Notes: generated from the sequence alone by a model not told the origin. A DNA stretch of 32,820 nucleotides from Paraspadella gotoi (GCA_051294375.1 JBJCIZ010000193.1:1-32820), one strand, 5' to 3'; shown: positions 9,822 through 21,379, counted from the first letter of the stretch. Made by a program: numbers and translations.

Positions 9822-9956
9822 ATCTGATGACGTCATCAGATGATGTCATCACTTCCGGTCATGACGTCATCACTTCCGGTCATGACGTCATCACTTCCGG
9901 TCATGACGTCATCACTTCTGGTCATGACGTCATCACTTCTGGTCATGACGTCATCA
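9822..9956. repeat. 21-bp tandem array (atgacgtcatcacttccggtc, ~5.5 copies) headed by a 20-bp perfect palindrome
   Basis: Seen: atctgatgacgtcatcagat at 9822-9841; units start at 9840, 9861, 9882, 9903, 9924 and 9945. Confidence 0.95.
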
Positions 9957-10133
9957 TTCGCAGCCTTTGGCTATTACGTCATTGAAACACTCCTATATTT
10001 TTTCCGTTATGACATCACCGCACTTAGCATAAAGACGACGTCACTCTCACTATTTCAACATTTGCTGTAATTTTCTTTCTTGCGACTCTGAGAATGTTTT
10101 ATAGGACTAAGCTCTGACGAACAAAGCCAGAGG

Positions 10134-12482
10134 TTTTTATCAAGCCATGACCGGCAAGGCCGGTTCAGGCTTGATATTCATTCGGGTGAGCTTCTTTGTG
10201 ACGTAGTCGTCGTCGTCGTCGTCGTCGTCGTCGTCCGTCACGCTGTTTTTCCATATAAAAACTACTACGCTTTTATAGGTTTGGCTGTGACTTACCGTTT
10301 TTTTTTAAAATAAAAATTATTATGAATTATGATAAAGTTTTACAAAAGTGTGCATTCATAGTAAGTTAAAAATTTAGATATGGCTTCTCATCTTGAAATA
10401 GCTTTGATATTTTCTTATTACATTTGGATTTAAGTATTTTTTGTTTGAATTTCCACTTCATTATGATTTACTGCAATATGCAAATGAGATTATAGTACTC
10501 ATTATCATATCCAAATTAGTATATAGAAATGCTTTAATCTAATTTACATATTGCAGTATATAATATTGAAGATGAAATTCAAAAAAATTTTTTAAATCTC
10601 CTAATAAAAATGGGAACTAAAATAACTTTTTAATGAGAAGCTATATCTTAATTTTAATACAAATAAAAATAAAATCTTTTACAAGCTGCGATTGAAAAAA
10701 TTGGAAAAATTTCAAATTGTAACCCATTGTAACATTTTTTGCCATTCTTTTATTTATTTTATTTCTTTTATTCTTTATTTAAGAAAAACGAGTTTCATTT
10801 GTTTCTAGCCAGCTGACTGTACAGTCCAGCTTGAATGTCTCATCTAATTTTGCTTTGTCCATTCAGTTCTGATACTTACAGCGGCCTTCAAGCAGCTGTC
10901 AGTTTTCCTCTTTCTCTTTCTTTTCTTTGTTCGTTTTTTGAAAAATTCTGATTATTTTTTTCTTTCAAAAAACATATATATTTGATCAGGCATGCCTTTT
11001 CTGAATTTGTTAAAAAAAAACGAGTTCAGGCTCTCTCTCTCTCTCTCCCTCCGTCTCCCTCCGTCTCCCTCCCTCTCTCTCTCTCTCTCTTTTTTTTTAC
11101 AAAAAAAATATTCACTTTTTTTACCACCATTTTTTGAAAAATTCTTATTATCTTTCCTTCTAAAAACTTTATTATCGCCATTTATTCCGCGCTTCTTTCT
11201 CAATACAAAATCCCAAATTAAAAAAAAAAAAAAAAAAAATTCTCTCTCTTCTCTCTTTCTCTCTCTGTCTCTTTCTCTCTTTACGATCTCTTGCGTGATC
11301 GTTCTTTTTTGAAAATTTATGATTATGTTTTTCTTTCTAAAAACTTTTATTCGGGCTTTTTTCTCAATACAAAATCCCAAATTTAATCCGAGATTTTCGT
11401 GGATACATTTTTAAAAAAGTGAAGAATAACTTATTTTGACATGCATTGTCACATATAAATCAGCTAATGTGACTATTATATATGCAGCACTTTCGCCGAA
11501 CAATATGCATTACATTTAAAAAAATAAATTTGTATTATTTATTATTGTAACTTTGAACCGGTTGGCCCACTATTGGCAAATTATATCTAAAATAGGAGTT
11601 GATAAGAGAGATATAGTCAAATTAAACATTACTTTTTTTGTTATTCTGATAATTTTATACTATATATTAAATTTATAAATATTTTTAGTGTATATATTTA
11701 ATCATTTTTATCTTTTTTTTAAATAATAATTATTTGAGTTGTGATAACTATTTATAAATTAATTAAATATGCAAATATAAAATTTGACCTCGGTCTGGTT
11801 TCTTCCTAAAAAAAGAACAATCAAAAATTTCATTCAAGATTAAAATTTTTTAAAATGAGGAAATAAAATTTTTTTTTATAAGTAAAAAAAATATTTGGAA
11901 GTCAAAAATATCATAGTCGTTAACTGAGTATTTTCAACTATATATTTTGTTAATAGGGATTATAATTTTTGGATCATTATTATTGAGAAGAGTTTAGTTT
12001 TTTTCTTCTGAATAGGGGTAGCCCCTCTCAATGGGGTGAATCAAAAATTTAGTATGGGAACATGCTCAAACGAAAATTTATGCATTTTTAAGTTTACTTT
12101 CAATGTACAAAAAATTTCTTATATGGCTTCTATACCCAAATATTTATTTTGTAATATTTTTTTATAGAAAGGAAAAGAGTTCGTCCTACTCATATTCGTC
12201 GGAAAATGAGTTCAGCTCTGCAGCGGCGGTCCAGCGGCGGTCCAGCGGCTGTCCAGCTTCTCTCTCTCTCTTTCTTCTCTCTCTCTCTTCTCTCTCTCTC
12301 TTTTTTTTTTTTCCTTCTAAAAACTTTTATTATCGCCATTTATTCCGCGCTTTTTTCTCATACAAAATCCCAAATTTTACATCCGAGATTTTCGTGGATT
12401 TTTTCCCTAAAAATTCTGATTATTCTTTATATAAACGAGAGAGACCTAATAATGCGTTTCGTTGGCGGGAAAACTGTCCAGC

Positions 12483-12513
<31 letters not shown>

Positions 12514-12586
12514 ATACACGCATTTGTTTGTTTTATTTATGATGAATGATTCATCGCGTCAATGAATGACTATCATATGGCTTGAT
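10134..12586 (+). mobile_element. Modular DINE-1/HINE-like repeat, copy 2 (inverted relative to copy 1)
   Basis: Seen: T-run, tatcaagcc...ggcttgata hairpin (10138-10176), (GTC)n, then the shared modules. Homology to copy 1 stops at 12576 and is directly followed by atggcttgat (12577-12586), the reverse complement of 10139-10148. Confidence 0.7.
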
Positions 12587-12823
12587 CCTTATGCTTTTAT
12601 ATTTTTTAATATATCTCTTATACCGGCCAAGGTAGAATGATGGCAATATTGTTAATATTAAGATTCAAAAAAATCCTACCATAAATATAGAAAATATCAA
12701 CCAAAATCTTCGGAAAATCCACCCTTCTTTGGAAGATTTTCGCCATAGAAGATTTTTACTGAATCTACTCCCGGTTGAAAACTCTTAGAATTCCGATCGA
12801 TAGCTCTCTTTTTACTTTTACTT

Positions 12824-13180
12824 TAAATAAAAATTTCACCAAAATGGACTAATTCACTTTCCCATGATCGTATCATATCAAAATAACCAAATAAAATGTA
12901 AAGAAAAATTTTGAGAGCCCTTCAGACATATGGCTATCGGATTCCTGAATTTGAAGTTTATTGTAAAATCACAACATATGTTAAATGCATTGACATTGTA
13001 TTGAAGTTGAGAAATCCCTTTATTTTATATATAAAATTGCATCGAAAATATTTTCCCGAGCGGACCAGTCCATTTGAATCTGATGGTTTGATGTCAAAAT
13101 GATGGTTATTTGTCAAGAGAAAAAAAATGCGAGCCTCTTCAGATGCAACAGGATCGGAATCGAGTGTTTTTACATCTATT
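12824..13180 (-). pseudogene. Possible third, frameshifted member of the small paralogous gene family
   Basis: Manual translation across frameshifts gives EEARIFFLLTNNHHFDIK... and IAICLKGSQN/FLYILFGYFDMIRSW, which resembles LKIEGQDNVEQFIDFLYYKFETILDMY. It needs at least two frame changes, so support is weak. Confidence 0.3.
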
Positions 13181-13460
13181 TTTTACCTGAATTTTTCCCA
13201 GGGGCGTTGACATTATTTGGTAGTCAGATTTTAACAAAAATCTCCATTGAAAAATAGTCTTTCCTCGATTTCTAAAAACGACGTAGACTCCTATGTTTTA
13301 TGAAAGATGTCAGATTTTAGGTAATTAGCTATTAGTAATTAGTAATTAGTAATTAGCTAGCTGAATTCGATTTAATAGAAAAGAATTCTGTGTATTCCGA
13401 TTCACACCTAATTCAACTGAAGAACTGGATGTTTACTGTCACCCATGGAACTTATGAATT

Positions 13461-13503
13461 TGAAACATTCGGGGATTCTCGAAGAGAATCCCCGAATGTT
13501 TCA
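13461..13503. other. Perfect hairpin 1: 20-bp stem, GAA loop
   Basis: Seen: tgaaacattcggggattctc-gaa-gagaatccccgaatgtttca. Confidence 0.97.
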
Positions 13504-13711
13504 TTAAATCCTTTATCATTTGTATTTATTTATTTTACAACAATAATTACAATGAATATTTGAAGGTAAAGATCGAGTTTAATATTTTGTTTTTTCTTTA
13601 TCGGTAGCCAGAGACATCACTCGCGAATAAAGCGAAATCTAGTTATTGAAAGACAAAAGATAAAGATCGATTATGGATATCATTGAGACACTGATGGAAG
13701 TAGTATAGACA

Positions 13712-13753
13712 GAAACATTAGGGGATTCTCGTGAGAGAATCCCCTAATGTTTC
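13712..13753. other. Perfect hairpin 2: 19-bp stem, GTGA loop (paralog of hairpin 1)
   Basis: Seen: gaaacattaggggattctc-gtga-gagaatcccctaatgtttc. Confidence 0.97.
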
Positions 13754-13798
13754 ATAAATAAACCTTTATCATTTGTAGACGTTAAACAATCATAATTA

Positions 13799-14340
13799 TT
13801 ATGACTGTGTATCTATTTTATTTTTTGAACAATTATGACACACATGATTGCAATTTTCACATCTAAAAGGATACATATCGAGTATTGTTTCAAATTTATA
13901 ATACAAGAAATCGATAAATTGTTCAACATTATCTTGTCCTTCGATTTTGAGGCCAGTAAAATCTTCGCTTCTTAGAATGTCATTGTCTTCGTTATCAACC
14001 TTTATCGAATTAGGTATAATTTCTAGAGTTGTGTCATCTTCATCATAATCGTTAGAACGGAAATCGATGAAAAAGTTTTTTTTTACTTCTACGCATAGTT
14101 TCGTCGTCGTCATAATCTCCCGTTTCATCGAATGATAACATCTTAGGTTCGTACAAATGGTCGTAAATTCTTTTTATATTTTCATTGATGAGACTTTTGT
14201 ATTCTTGTAAATCGATGATGATTGAAGTCGTTACATGCATTTTGGGATCGTTCAGTTCTATCTTTATGATTTTAATCTTTTCATTTTTTAGTCCCACAAA
14301 AAACAAGTTTTCGTTATTTCATATTTTGTTTCTATTCCAT
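13799..14340 (-). CDS. Hypothetical protein(s), paralog 2; C-terminal CxxC-x3-CxxC zinc-binding motif. Either two overlapping ORFs or one frameshifted gene
   Basis: Seen: ORFs 14052-14306 and 13799-14128 with globular-protein composition in very AT-rich DNA. Ends CENCNHVCHNC. Collinear similarity to the upstream neighbour. Confidence 0.6.
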
Positions 14341-14369
14341 CTATTAAAAAATACAAAATTATTAAAACT

Positions 14370-14810
14370 TTATTTGTACAACGACAGAATTGAATCATGA
14401 TTATCATAAAAGAATTTTAAAAACGAAATAATTTTTTCATTTCCTCTGATGGCAATGTCAATTTTGCTTTTATCATCGCCCATTTTGCGAATGAATAGTT
14501 TGTTTCCCTCTGAGTTGTCGCCAGATTTTAATATTATTTCCATTTTGATTTCATGACCGAATTGTATTTTCACGCTTTGAAGCCATTCTTTTTTTTCAGT
14601 GTTTTTTACAAATTTGAGAAGTCTTGACAAGTTTTCTTTATTCACGTAATTTTAAATTCTTCTACCGTCCAACAAATTTTTTTACGAACGCAAAAATTAA
14701 TGCCAGTTTTTCTAATTTGTTTAATGTAAAGATAACCATCATCGTTAGCGCGAAAATGTATTTGGTGACAAATTTTACACGTTCTTCAATTTCGCCATCT
14801 TTAATTTTAT
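14370..14810 (-). CDS. Hypothetical protein, paralog 1 (frameshifted at two short homopolymers)
   Basis: Seen: ORF 14370-14645. Adding one base to each T4 run (14650-14653 and 14773-14776) extends it upstream through VKICHQIHFRANDDGYLYIKQIRKTGINFCVRKKICWTVEEFKNYV. A candidate GTGAGT..AG intron at 14811-14883 may link a further exon. Confidence 0.55.
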
Positions 14811-15149
14811 CTAATTTAATCAAAAATATTTATATGCTGTTTTTTTTATTTCCTTATATTGTGACATATCATACATTACTCACAGGTACCAACGTGCCCC
14901 TAGGCGTAACCCAATGATTCATTTCCTCCACTCCTATAATACGATAATGCAATAAATTCTAAAAGGAGTTTATTTACCTCAGGCGTCAACTTCTCTTTCG
15001 ACGGTCTAACATTCTCCACCTCTTAGTATAATATTCACTTACTCTTAAAAGCGTCTTAAATAACAGAACCAATCTTTTCAAGTGTTTTAAATATGAAAAT
15101 TTCTTAAGGCGTTGTCCATTTCTCCATTCCCTGGGCATATATTCCGTTA

Positions 15150-16849
15150 TCAAGTGTATGAGTAATCCCAATGCAAATCGTTGTTGGGTCTCGTAATGAT
15201 TTCATTGAGTTCTATCGTACAAGAAAGATACATGTATAACATAACATGTACAATAGAGTAAAAATATTTTTACCTATATTTTCGTAGGCGGCGTCATCCT
15301 CAGGATTGACGTTCCTGTACCACCCGGCTCCGGCTCCGATGTTTGAGTCTCTCTCCGCTGGCAGTTCCTGTCTGACTTCATCCATCAGCACCCTCACCTC
15401 CTCTGCCACTATTTCGTTGTCGTATTCGTTGACGTCGTCATTGTAGTCGCTAAAGTCATCCCAACCTACGTCGGGTTCTTCTGGTGGAGCTGGCAAATTC
15501 TCCAACTCTAAAGCAATTTCGTTTTCATCAACTGGTGTCATAATTGTTGGTTGGAGATAGTAGTCCCCGCCGGGCAAGTTTGTCACGGCCGTTTCTCCTC
15601 GACGATGGTTTATTTCTTGATCGTTAATCCTTTTGAGCAGTCGCCTTTTCGCAAGATTCAATAATTCCATCACTATCTTTCCGATGACGACGATCAAAAT
15701 AATTGATAGTAAAATCTTGATCATTTTTAGATCGTAATCATTTTCTTCCCTGAATTGATATTAGAACATTTTAGTAGTAATAAAAAAAAATGGAAAAAAG
15801 ACAACCTCACTTTTGACACTCTTTTCCTGTTCGCGCCTTCGAAATTGCTCGATTTGTTGGTTGGATGATTTGATTCGTTGGTTCCGTTGGTAATGTTTGA
15901 TTTTTTCTCTTCCTTTGTCATCGCCATTGTCATTGTTTGTTTGTGACTAGTCGTTGTTATTGTCATTGTTGTCGTTGTTGTATTTGGATTTGTCATTGTC
16001 ATCGTCGTTGTGGTTTTATTTTCGGTCGTCGTTGTCGGGCTTTGCTCTGTCATTGTGATTGGCCTCGTCATTGTCATCATCGTTGTGGTTTTTATTCTCG
16101 GTCGTCGTTGTCGGGCTTTGCTCTGTCATTGTCATTGGCCTCGTCATTGTCATCATCGTTGTGGTTTTATTCTCGGTCGTCGTTGTCGGACTTTGCTCCG
16201 TCATTATCATTGGCCTTGTCATCGTCGTTGTGGTTTTATTCTCGGTCATCGTTGTCGGGCTTTGCTCTGTCATTGTCATTGTCATTGGCCTCGTTATTGT
16301 TATCGTCGTTGTTGGACTTTGTTCCGTCATCGTCGTTGGCCTCGTCATTGTCATCGTCGCTGGCCTTGTCATTGTCATCGTTTGTTTGTGACTCCTTGTC
16401 GTGTTTTTTTTCTCGGTCGTTGTTATTGTCATTGTTGGCTTTGTTGATGTCATCTTTGTTTTTGTATTATCTCGATCGGTTGTTGTTGTTTCATTTTTAC
16501 TCGTTGTTGCCGTTGCCATTGTCATTGTCGTTGTTTCATCGAGCCGATAATTAGTCGTGATTTTGTTTGTAGTCGTTGTTGATGTCGTCGGACTCGTTAT
16601 TTGAATCGTAGTTTTTGTTGGTCTTTTAGTCGACGTGCTTGATGTCGTTGTGATCAATGGTTTCGTCGACGACGACCGTTTCCACGGCGGCAGCAAATCA
16701 CCAGGCCCATTGATTTTTACCTAATTATACCATTCTTCTTTTTAGTAGCTCAAATTTAAAATCATAGACAAATTACTCACGTCTTCGGGCCCTATTATGC
16801 TGTCTTCTTTTACGATCGCCAATGTGTAAAACACAATGTACAAAAAAGT
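15150..16849 (-). CDS. Four-exon Thr/Met-rich mucin-like type I membrane protein (~504 aa reconstructed; start codon missing)
   Basis: Seen: exons 16849-16781, 16720-15811, 15749-15274 and 15211-15150, with GT-AG introns of 60, 61 and 62 nt. Phases agree once one extra T is removed from each of 16089-16093 and 15901-15906. Product: signal-like FLYIVFYTLAIV, Thr/Met repeats, TM-like ILLSIILIVVIGKIVMELLNL followed by KRR, and an acidic tail. Confidence 0.75.
15920..16540 (-). repeat. Coding minisatellite, ~66-72 bp unit encoding TMTRPMTMTEQSPTTTTENKTTT-like repeats
   Basis: Seen: recurring gttgtcgggctttgctctgtcattg and gtggttttattctcggtc blocks. Confidence 0.9.
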
Positions 16850-17455
16850 CTCTCTCTCTCTCTCTCGCTTATTCTTTAAAAAAAAAAAAAAATTTTAGTT
16901 TCCTTTTTTTTCACCGCCGTCACTAGGCGACGAGTAACACGAGTAAACGTAGTTCACCGGCTCTCTCTCTCTCTCTTTGCGTGATCGGTTCTTATGTTTT
17001 TGAAAGAATTATGATTATGTTTTTTCTTTCATAAAATCTTTATTATCTTTTTCCATATTATTCCGGGGCTTTGTTTCTCAATACAACAAGTCCCAAATTT
17101 ACATCCGAGGTTTTCGTGATACAATTTTAAAAAAGTGAAGAATAATTATAATGATATGCATTTGTACGATATAATAGGCTAATGGTGACCTAATATTATA
17201 ATATTGCAGCATAGCACTTTCGCGCGAATAATATAATTGCATGCGATTTTCACATTATAAAAAAAGAAGTTTTGTGGTTATTTATTTATTATTGTAACTT
17301 GTGGACGCTGGTTTGGCCACTAATTGGCAAATTATTATCTTAAAAATAGGAGTTGATATGAGAGATATGTGCAGTTAAACATTACGTTTTTTGTTGATTT
17401 CTGATGAATTTGTACTAGTGTATTAAATTTATAATATATTTTTAGTGTATATTAC
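16850..17455 (+). repeat. Partial, indel-rich copy of the modular repeat (same orientation as copy 2)
   Basis: Seen: ~16970-17450 aligns by eye to ~11270-11700 with many 1-2 nt indels. 16903-16945 is the reverse complement of ~20600-20640. Confidence 0.85.
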
Positions 17456-18569
17456 ATGGTCCGGTTCTTGGCTTTCATTCATAAGTCAGGGAAGCTATAT
17501 CTTTTTATAATATTAATGTACATGGGGAATGACTGATTATGCGTGGGCTGACCGGGGTAGTCTTTTCCCATTTATATTTTAAAAAATTGGAAGGTTTTTT
17601 GGTTTTTTGAGCATCATTTTTTTTAAAAAAAATTTAATTTGGCACTGGTGCTCTAATGTACTTGGGGTACATTTAAAATTTTTTTTCTCAGTAAATATTA
17701 TCGTAACGATGCTTGGTCTACTGGGTAAAGTGTGAGGTGCTGAAAGATGAAAAAATATGGTTATTAATTTGATGCTGTGTTGCCTAAATTATAATAATGC
17801 TTATATATTATTTTCTTATTATTTTAGTTAAACTTTTTATTATAGAAAGTTAATAGTTGATTGATACGACATTTTATTCCTGGTATAATTCTATTTTTTT
17901 TATTACTAAATAGTGTTTTGTTAATTATTATTACTACAAAAATATGATTTTTTGATAATTTAATATTTTTTTAAAAAAAGTTGTATGCAAACTATTGTGA
18001 AATGTGTACTGATATGAATATATTTTTTTTCAAATTGTGATAACCCTCTTAACAATATATGCATGCCAAAATAAGCCTAAATGTTAAAAATCATATTTTT
18101 TAACCTTCTAAAAAAACTGCGGATCACGTTTTCACCCTCAAATTTGTGTAGGTATTGTAGGATTGGTGTATTATGTGCTGAGAATAAATGAGAGACGAGT
18201 AATAATTTTTACCTAATTATACAGATTAAATAGGGACGGTCTAAGAAGAATTAGGTAAGTTTTAAATTTTGCTGAGTCGTCTAAGTTATTCGTCGTATTT
18301 TTTCTATCATCTTTTGTTTTTCTTCTTTTTTACCCTTGCTTTTTTTTACTTTTCATCTCTCTTCTATTTAAAATCTTAAAGTATATGTTGTACTCGAGTT
18401 ATTTTACTAAATCAAGAAATTACTATAATCTAATTTTGCATATTGCAGGTATCTAAGTTAAAGTGGAAATTCAAACAAAAATTTTGAATTTGTATGAACA
18501 AGAAAATGGACAACATTATCACTCTCATGCTCATAAGAATCTCGATAACTAGTATAGTTATAAGTCGAA

Positions 18570-19175
18570 AAATGGTGCAGTTAAAAATTTGGCATAGTAT
18601 AAAAAATTATGGCAGATTGAAAATTATGCAAGTATTATAAAATTTGCAAGGAAAAAATTATAATTGAAATTATGCAGTTTGAAAAAATTATGCAAGTTAA
18701 AAAATATTTAGCAAATTGACAAATTATGCAAATTGGAAAAAGTATGCAGTTGAAATATTGCAAGTTGAAAAAATTTGGTTGAAATTATCAAGTTTAAAAA
18801 AATTATGCAGTTGAAAAATATATGCAGTTTAAAAATTTATGCATATTGAAAAAATTATGCAATTGAAAATAGTATGCCAAGGTTATATTGATGCAAGTTG
18901 AAAATTTATGCAAGTTATAAAAAATTATAAAGTGAAAAAATATGCAAGTAAAAAATATGTAAGTTGCATAAAAATTATGCAATGTGAAAAATATCGAGTT
19001 TGAAAAAAGTGGCAGTTGATAGAAGTATGCCAGTTAGAAATTATGCGTTAAGAATAGGCAGTTAAAAGTATGCATAGTTAAAAAATTATGCCAAGTTAAA
19101 AAATTATGCCAGTTAAAAATTATGCAAGTTAAATAAATTATGCAAGTTGAAAAAAGTAATGCAAGTTGGCAAGAT
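18570..19175. repeat. ~18-20 bp minisatellite array (aaaaattatgcaagttg-like)
   Basis: Seen: roughly 30 degenerate units. The core ttatgcaagttg is the reverse complement of the caacttgcataa core at 3738. Confidence 0.9.
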
Positions 19176-19419
19176 AAAAATTGAATGCACGAGAAACACT
19201 GACGACGACATGGACGGTCACAATCGACGAATCAGAAGCAACAGCGACGGAGAAAAAGAGAGAGAGAGAGAGACATATTATTAAGAGAAAGAGAAAGCTG
19301 AACTGTCCGGAGCTCGGAGGTGCGCGAGCTCCTCAATCAAAGGACTTTCGGTTCGCGCTGTCTGATTCAATAAAAGAAAGTCAAAAGATAAACTTAAATA
19401 AGAATTTTTTTTTTAAAAA

Positions 19420-21346
19420 AAAAAAGGAGATAGTCAGAGAGAGAGAGAGGAGAGAGAGAGGAGAAGAGATGAGAAAAAAGAGGAGAGAGAGTAGAAAGAG
19501 AGAGAGAGAGGAGCAGTTTTCCCATAACGAGGCATTATGTAGGTCATCGTCGTTTATTAGTCGGTTATGCGTTGCCTCGAACGGGTGTGAATTGGGTCAT
19601 GTTGAGTTTTTTTTATACCGTAAGCGTTATTAGGGTCAATTTCTCGACATTGTTGTACTCGTGCCCCGCAACGACACGAAATCGTAGGTCAAGTAAAGTT
19701 TTATTGTATTTTGGGATTTTGTATTGAGAATACAATAATAAAGGGATAATAAAAGTTTTTAATAGAACAAAAATATAGTAATTTTTAAAAACTCATGCAA
19801 AGATCATTACAGGAGTGAGACAGACACAAGTAGAGTAGACAGGAGGAGACAAAGAAGAAGAGACAGAGAGTAACAGAAAGAGAGACGGAGAGAGAAAGAC
19901 GAGAGAGATCCGCGAACAATATTTAGAAGTGATAGACAATAAAATTATAATCTATTAAAAAATATATATTGACATAAGTCAGTTAACGATATGATATTTG
20001 ATTTCATATTTTTTTTATTATCAAAAAAATTTATTTCTCATTTAATAAATTTATCTGATGAAATTTTTGATTGTTCTTATTTTAAAGGAAGAACAGACAC
20101 GGAAGGTTCAATTTTTTATTTGGCATTTTAATTATTTATAAATAAGTTACAAAAATCAAATAATTATTATATAAAAAAGGAATAAAAATGATTTAATTAT
20201 AACAAAATATTGTATACCATAATAATGTACAAATTATCAGAATAACAAATAAAGTATGTTAATTTTGACTATATCCTTTCTTCGACTCTATTTTAGATAT
20301 ATTTTGCTAAAAGTGGGCGACTCGATCAAAGTTTACGTTAATAGAATAAAACACAAAAATTATTTTTTTAGAATGATTACATACAAGTACAGGTATTGCT
20401 ACATGTCATTAGCTGATGACATGTAAATGCATGTCATTTTAAGTTGTTTTTTACTTTTATAAATGGTTAAACAGAAAATCTCGGAGTGTAAATTAATAAA
20501 TATCGAATTTTCAAAAAAACTGAACCTGATCTGCAGAGATGACAGAGGGATGAGAGAGTAATGAGAAAGAGAGAAAGAAGCTGACTGAGCGCAGTGGGAA
20601 CTCGTTACTCTCGTCGCCGAGTGACGGTGGTGAAAAAAAAGGAAGCAAATAAAAAAAAAAGATAGAGAGAGAGAGAGGAGAGAGAGAGATGGGAGAGAGA
20701 TATAGAGAGAGAGGAGAGATGAGAGAGCTCGGAACTCGTTTAATCGTTATGCATCGTCGGGGAATAAAAAAGTGACTAAAATGTTTTGTTAAAAAAGAGA
20801 GAGAGGAGAGAGAGAGAGTAGAGAGAGGAGAGAGGATGAGGAGAGAGGAAAGAGAGAGAAGAGAGAAGAGAAAGAGGTGAGAGAGAGAGAGAAGGTTCCC
20901 AGCCACGATAGCATTTGTCACTCTCGTTATATATCGTTATTCGTTGCTAGCAACGGAGAGATTCGGTGAAGGTTGATTTTTTATACACGTAACGTTTCCG
21001 TTGCATCAAAACGCGTTATTAGGCTCATGTCTCGACAATAGTTGTTAAATGCAGTCAGTAAGATATTTTAAACAATTTATCAAATACAGGAGAATCTCGG
21101 ATGGAAATTGGATTTGTATGTGAAAATAAGCGCGGATAAAGGCAATAATAAAGTTTTAAGAAGGGAAAATAATCTGATTTTTCAAAAACGAACGATCAGG
21201 CATGAGATCGTACAGAGAGAGAGAGAGAGAAAGGACCGAAAAGATATATGAGCGATTACACAGTCTCTCTCATTCTCCGTGGCGGTCCTATTACACGGTA
21301 CTGTTGCCCAGCTTTGGCATGAGACGCTTATTGCGACACAGTAATA

Positions 21347-21379
<33 letters not shown>

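Noticed and set aside
9840-10070. ORF with MTSSLPV repeats, or the array as a CRISPR
   Set aside because: It is a 21-bp head-to-tail minisatellite with no unique spacers and no cas genes, in a eukaryotic context.
9824-10125. CTGATGA / CTGACGA as hammerhead ribozyme cores
   Set aside because: No correctly placed GAAA with the three required stems was found; the first lies within the CRE palindrome.
15937-16554. Plus-strand Cys/His-, Val- or Ser/Leu-rich ORFs
   Set aside because: They are antisense shadows of the Thr/Met repeat. Splice sites and the TM segment support the minus strand.
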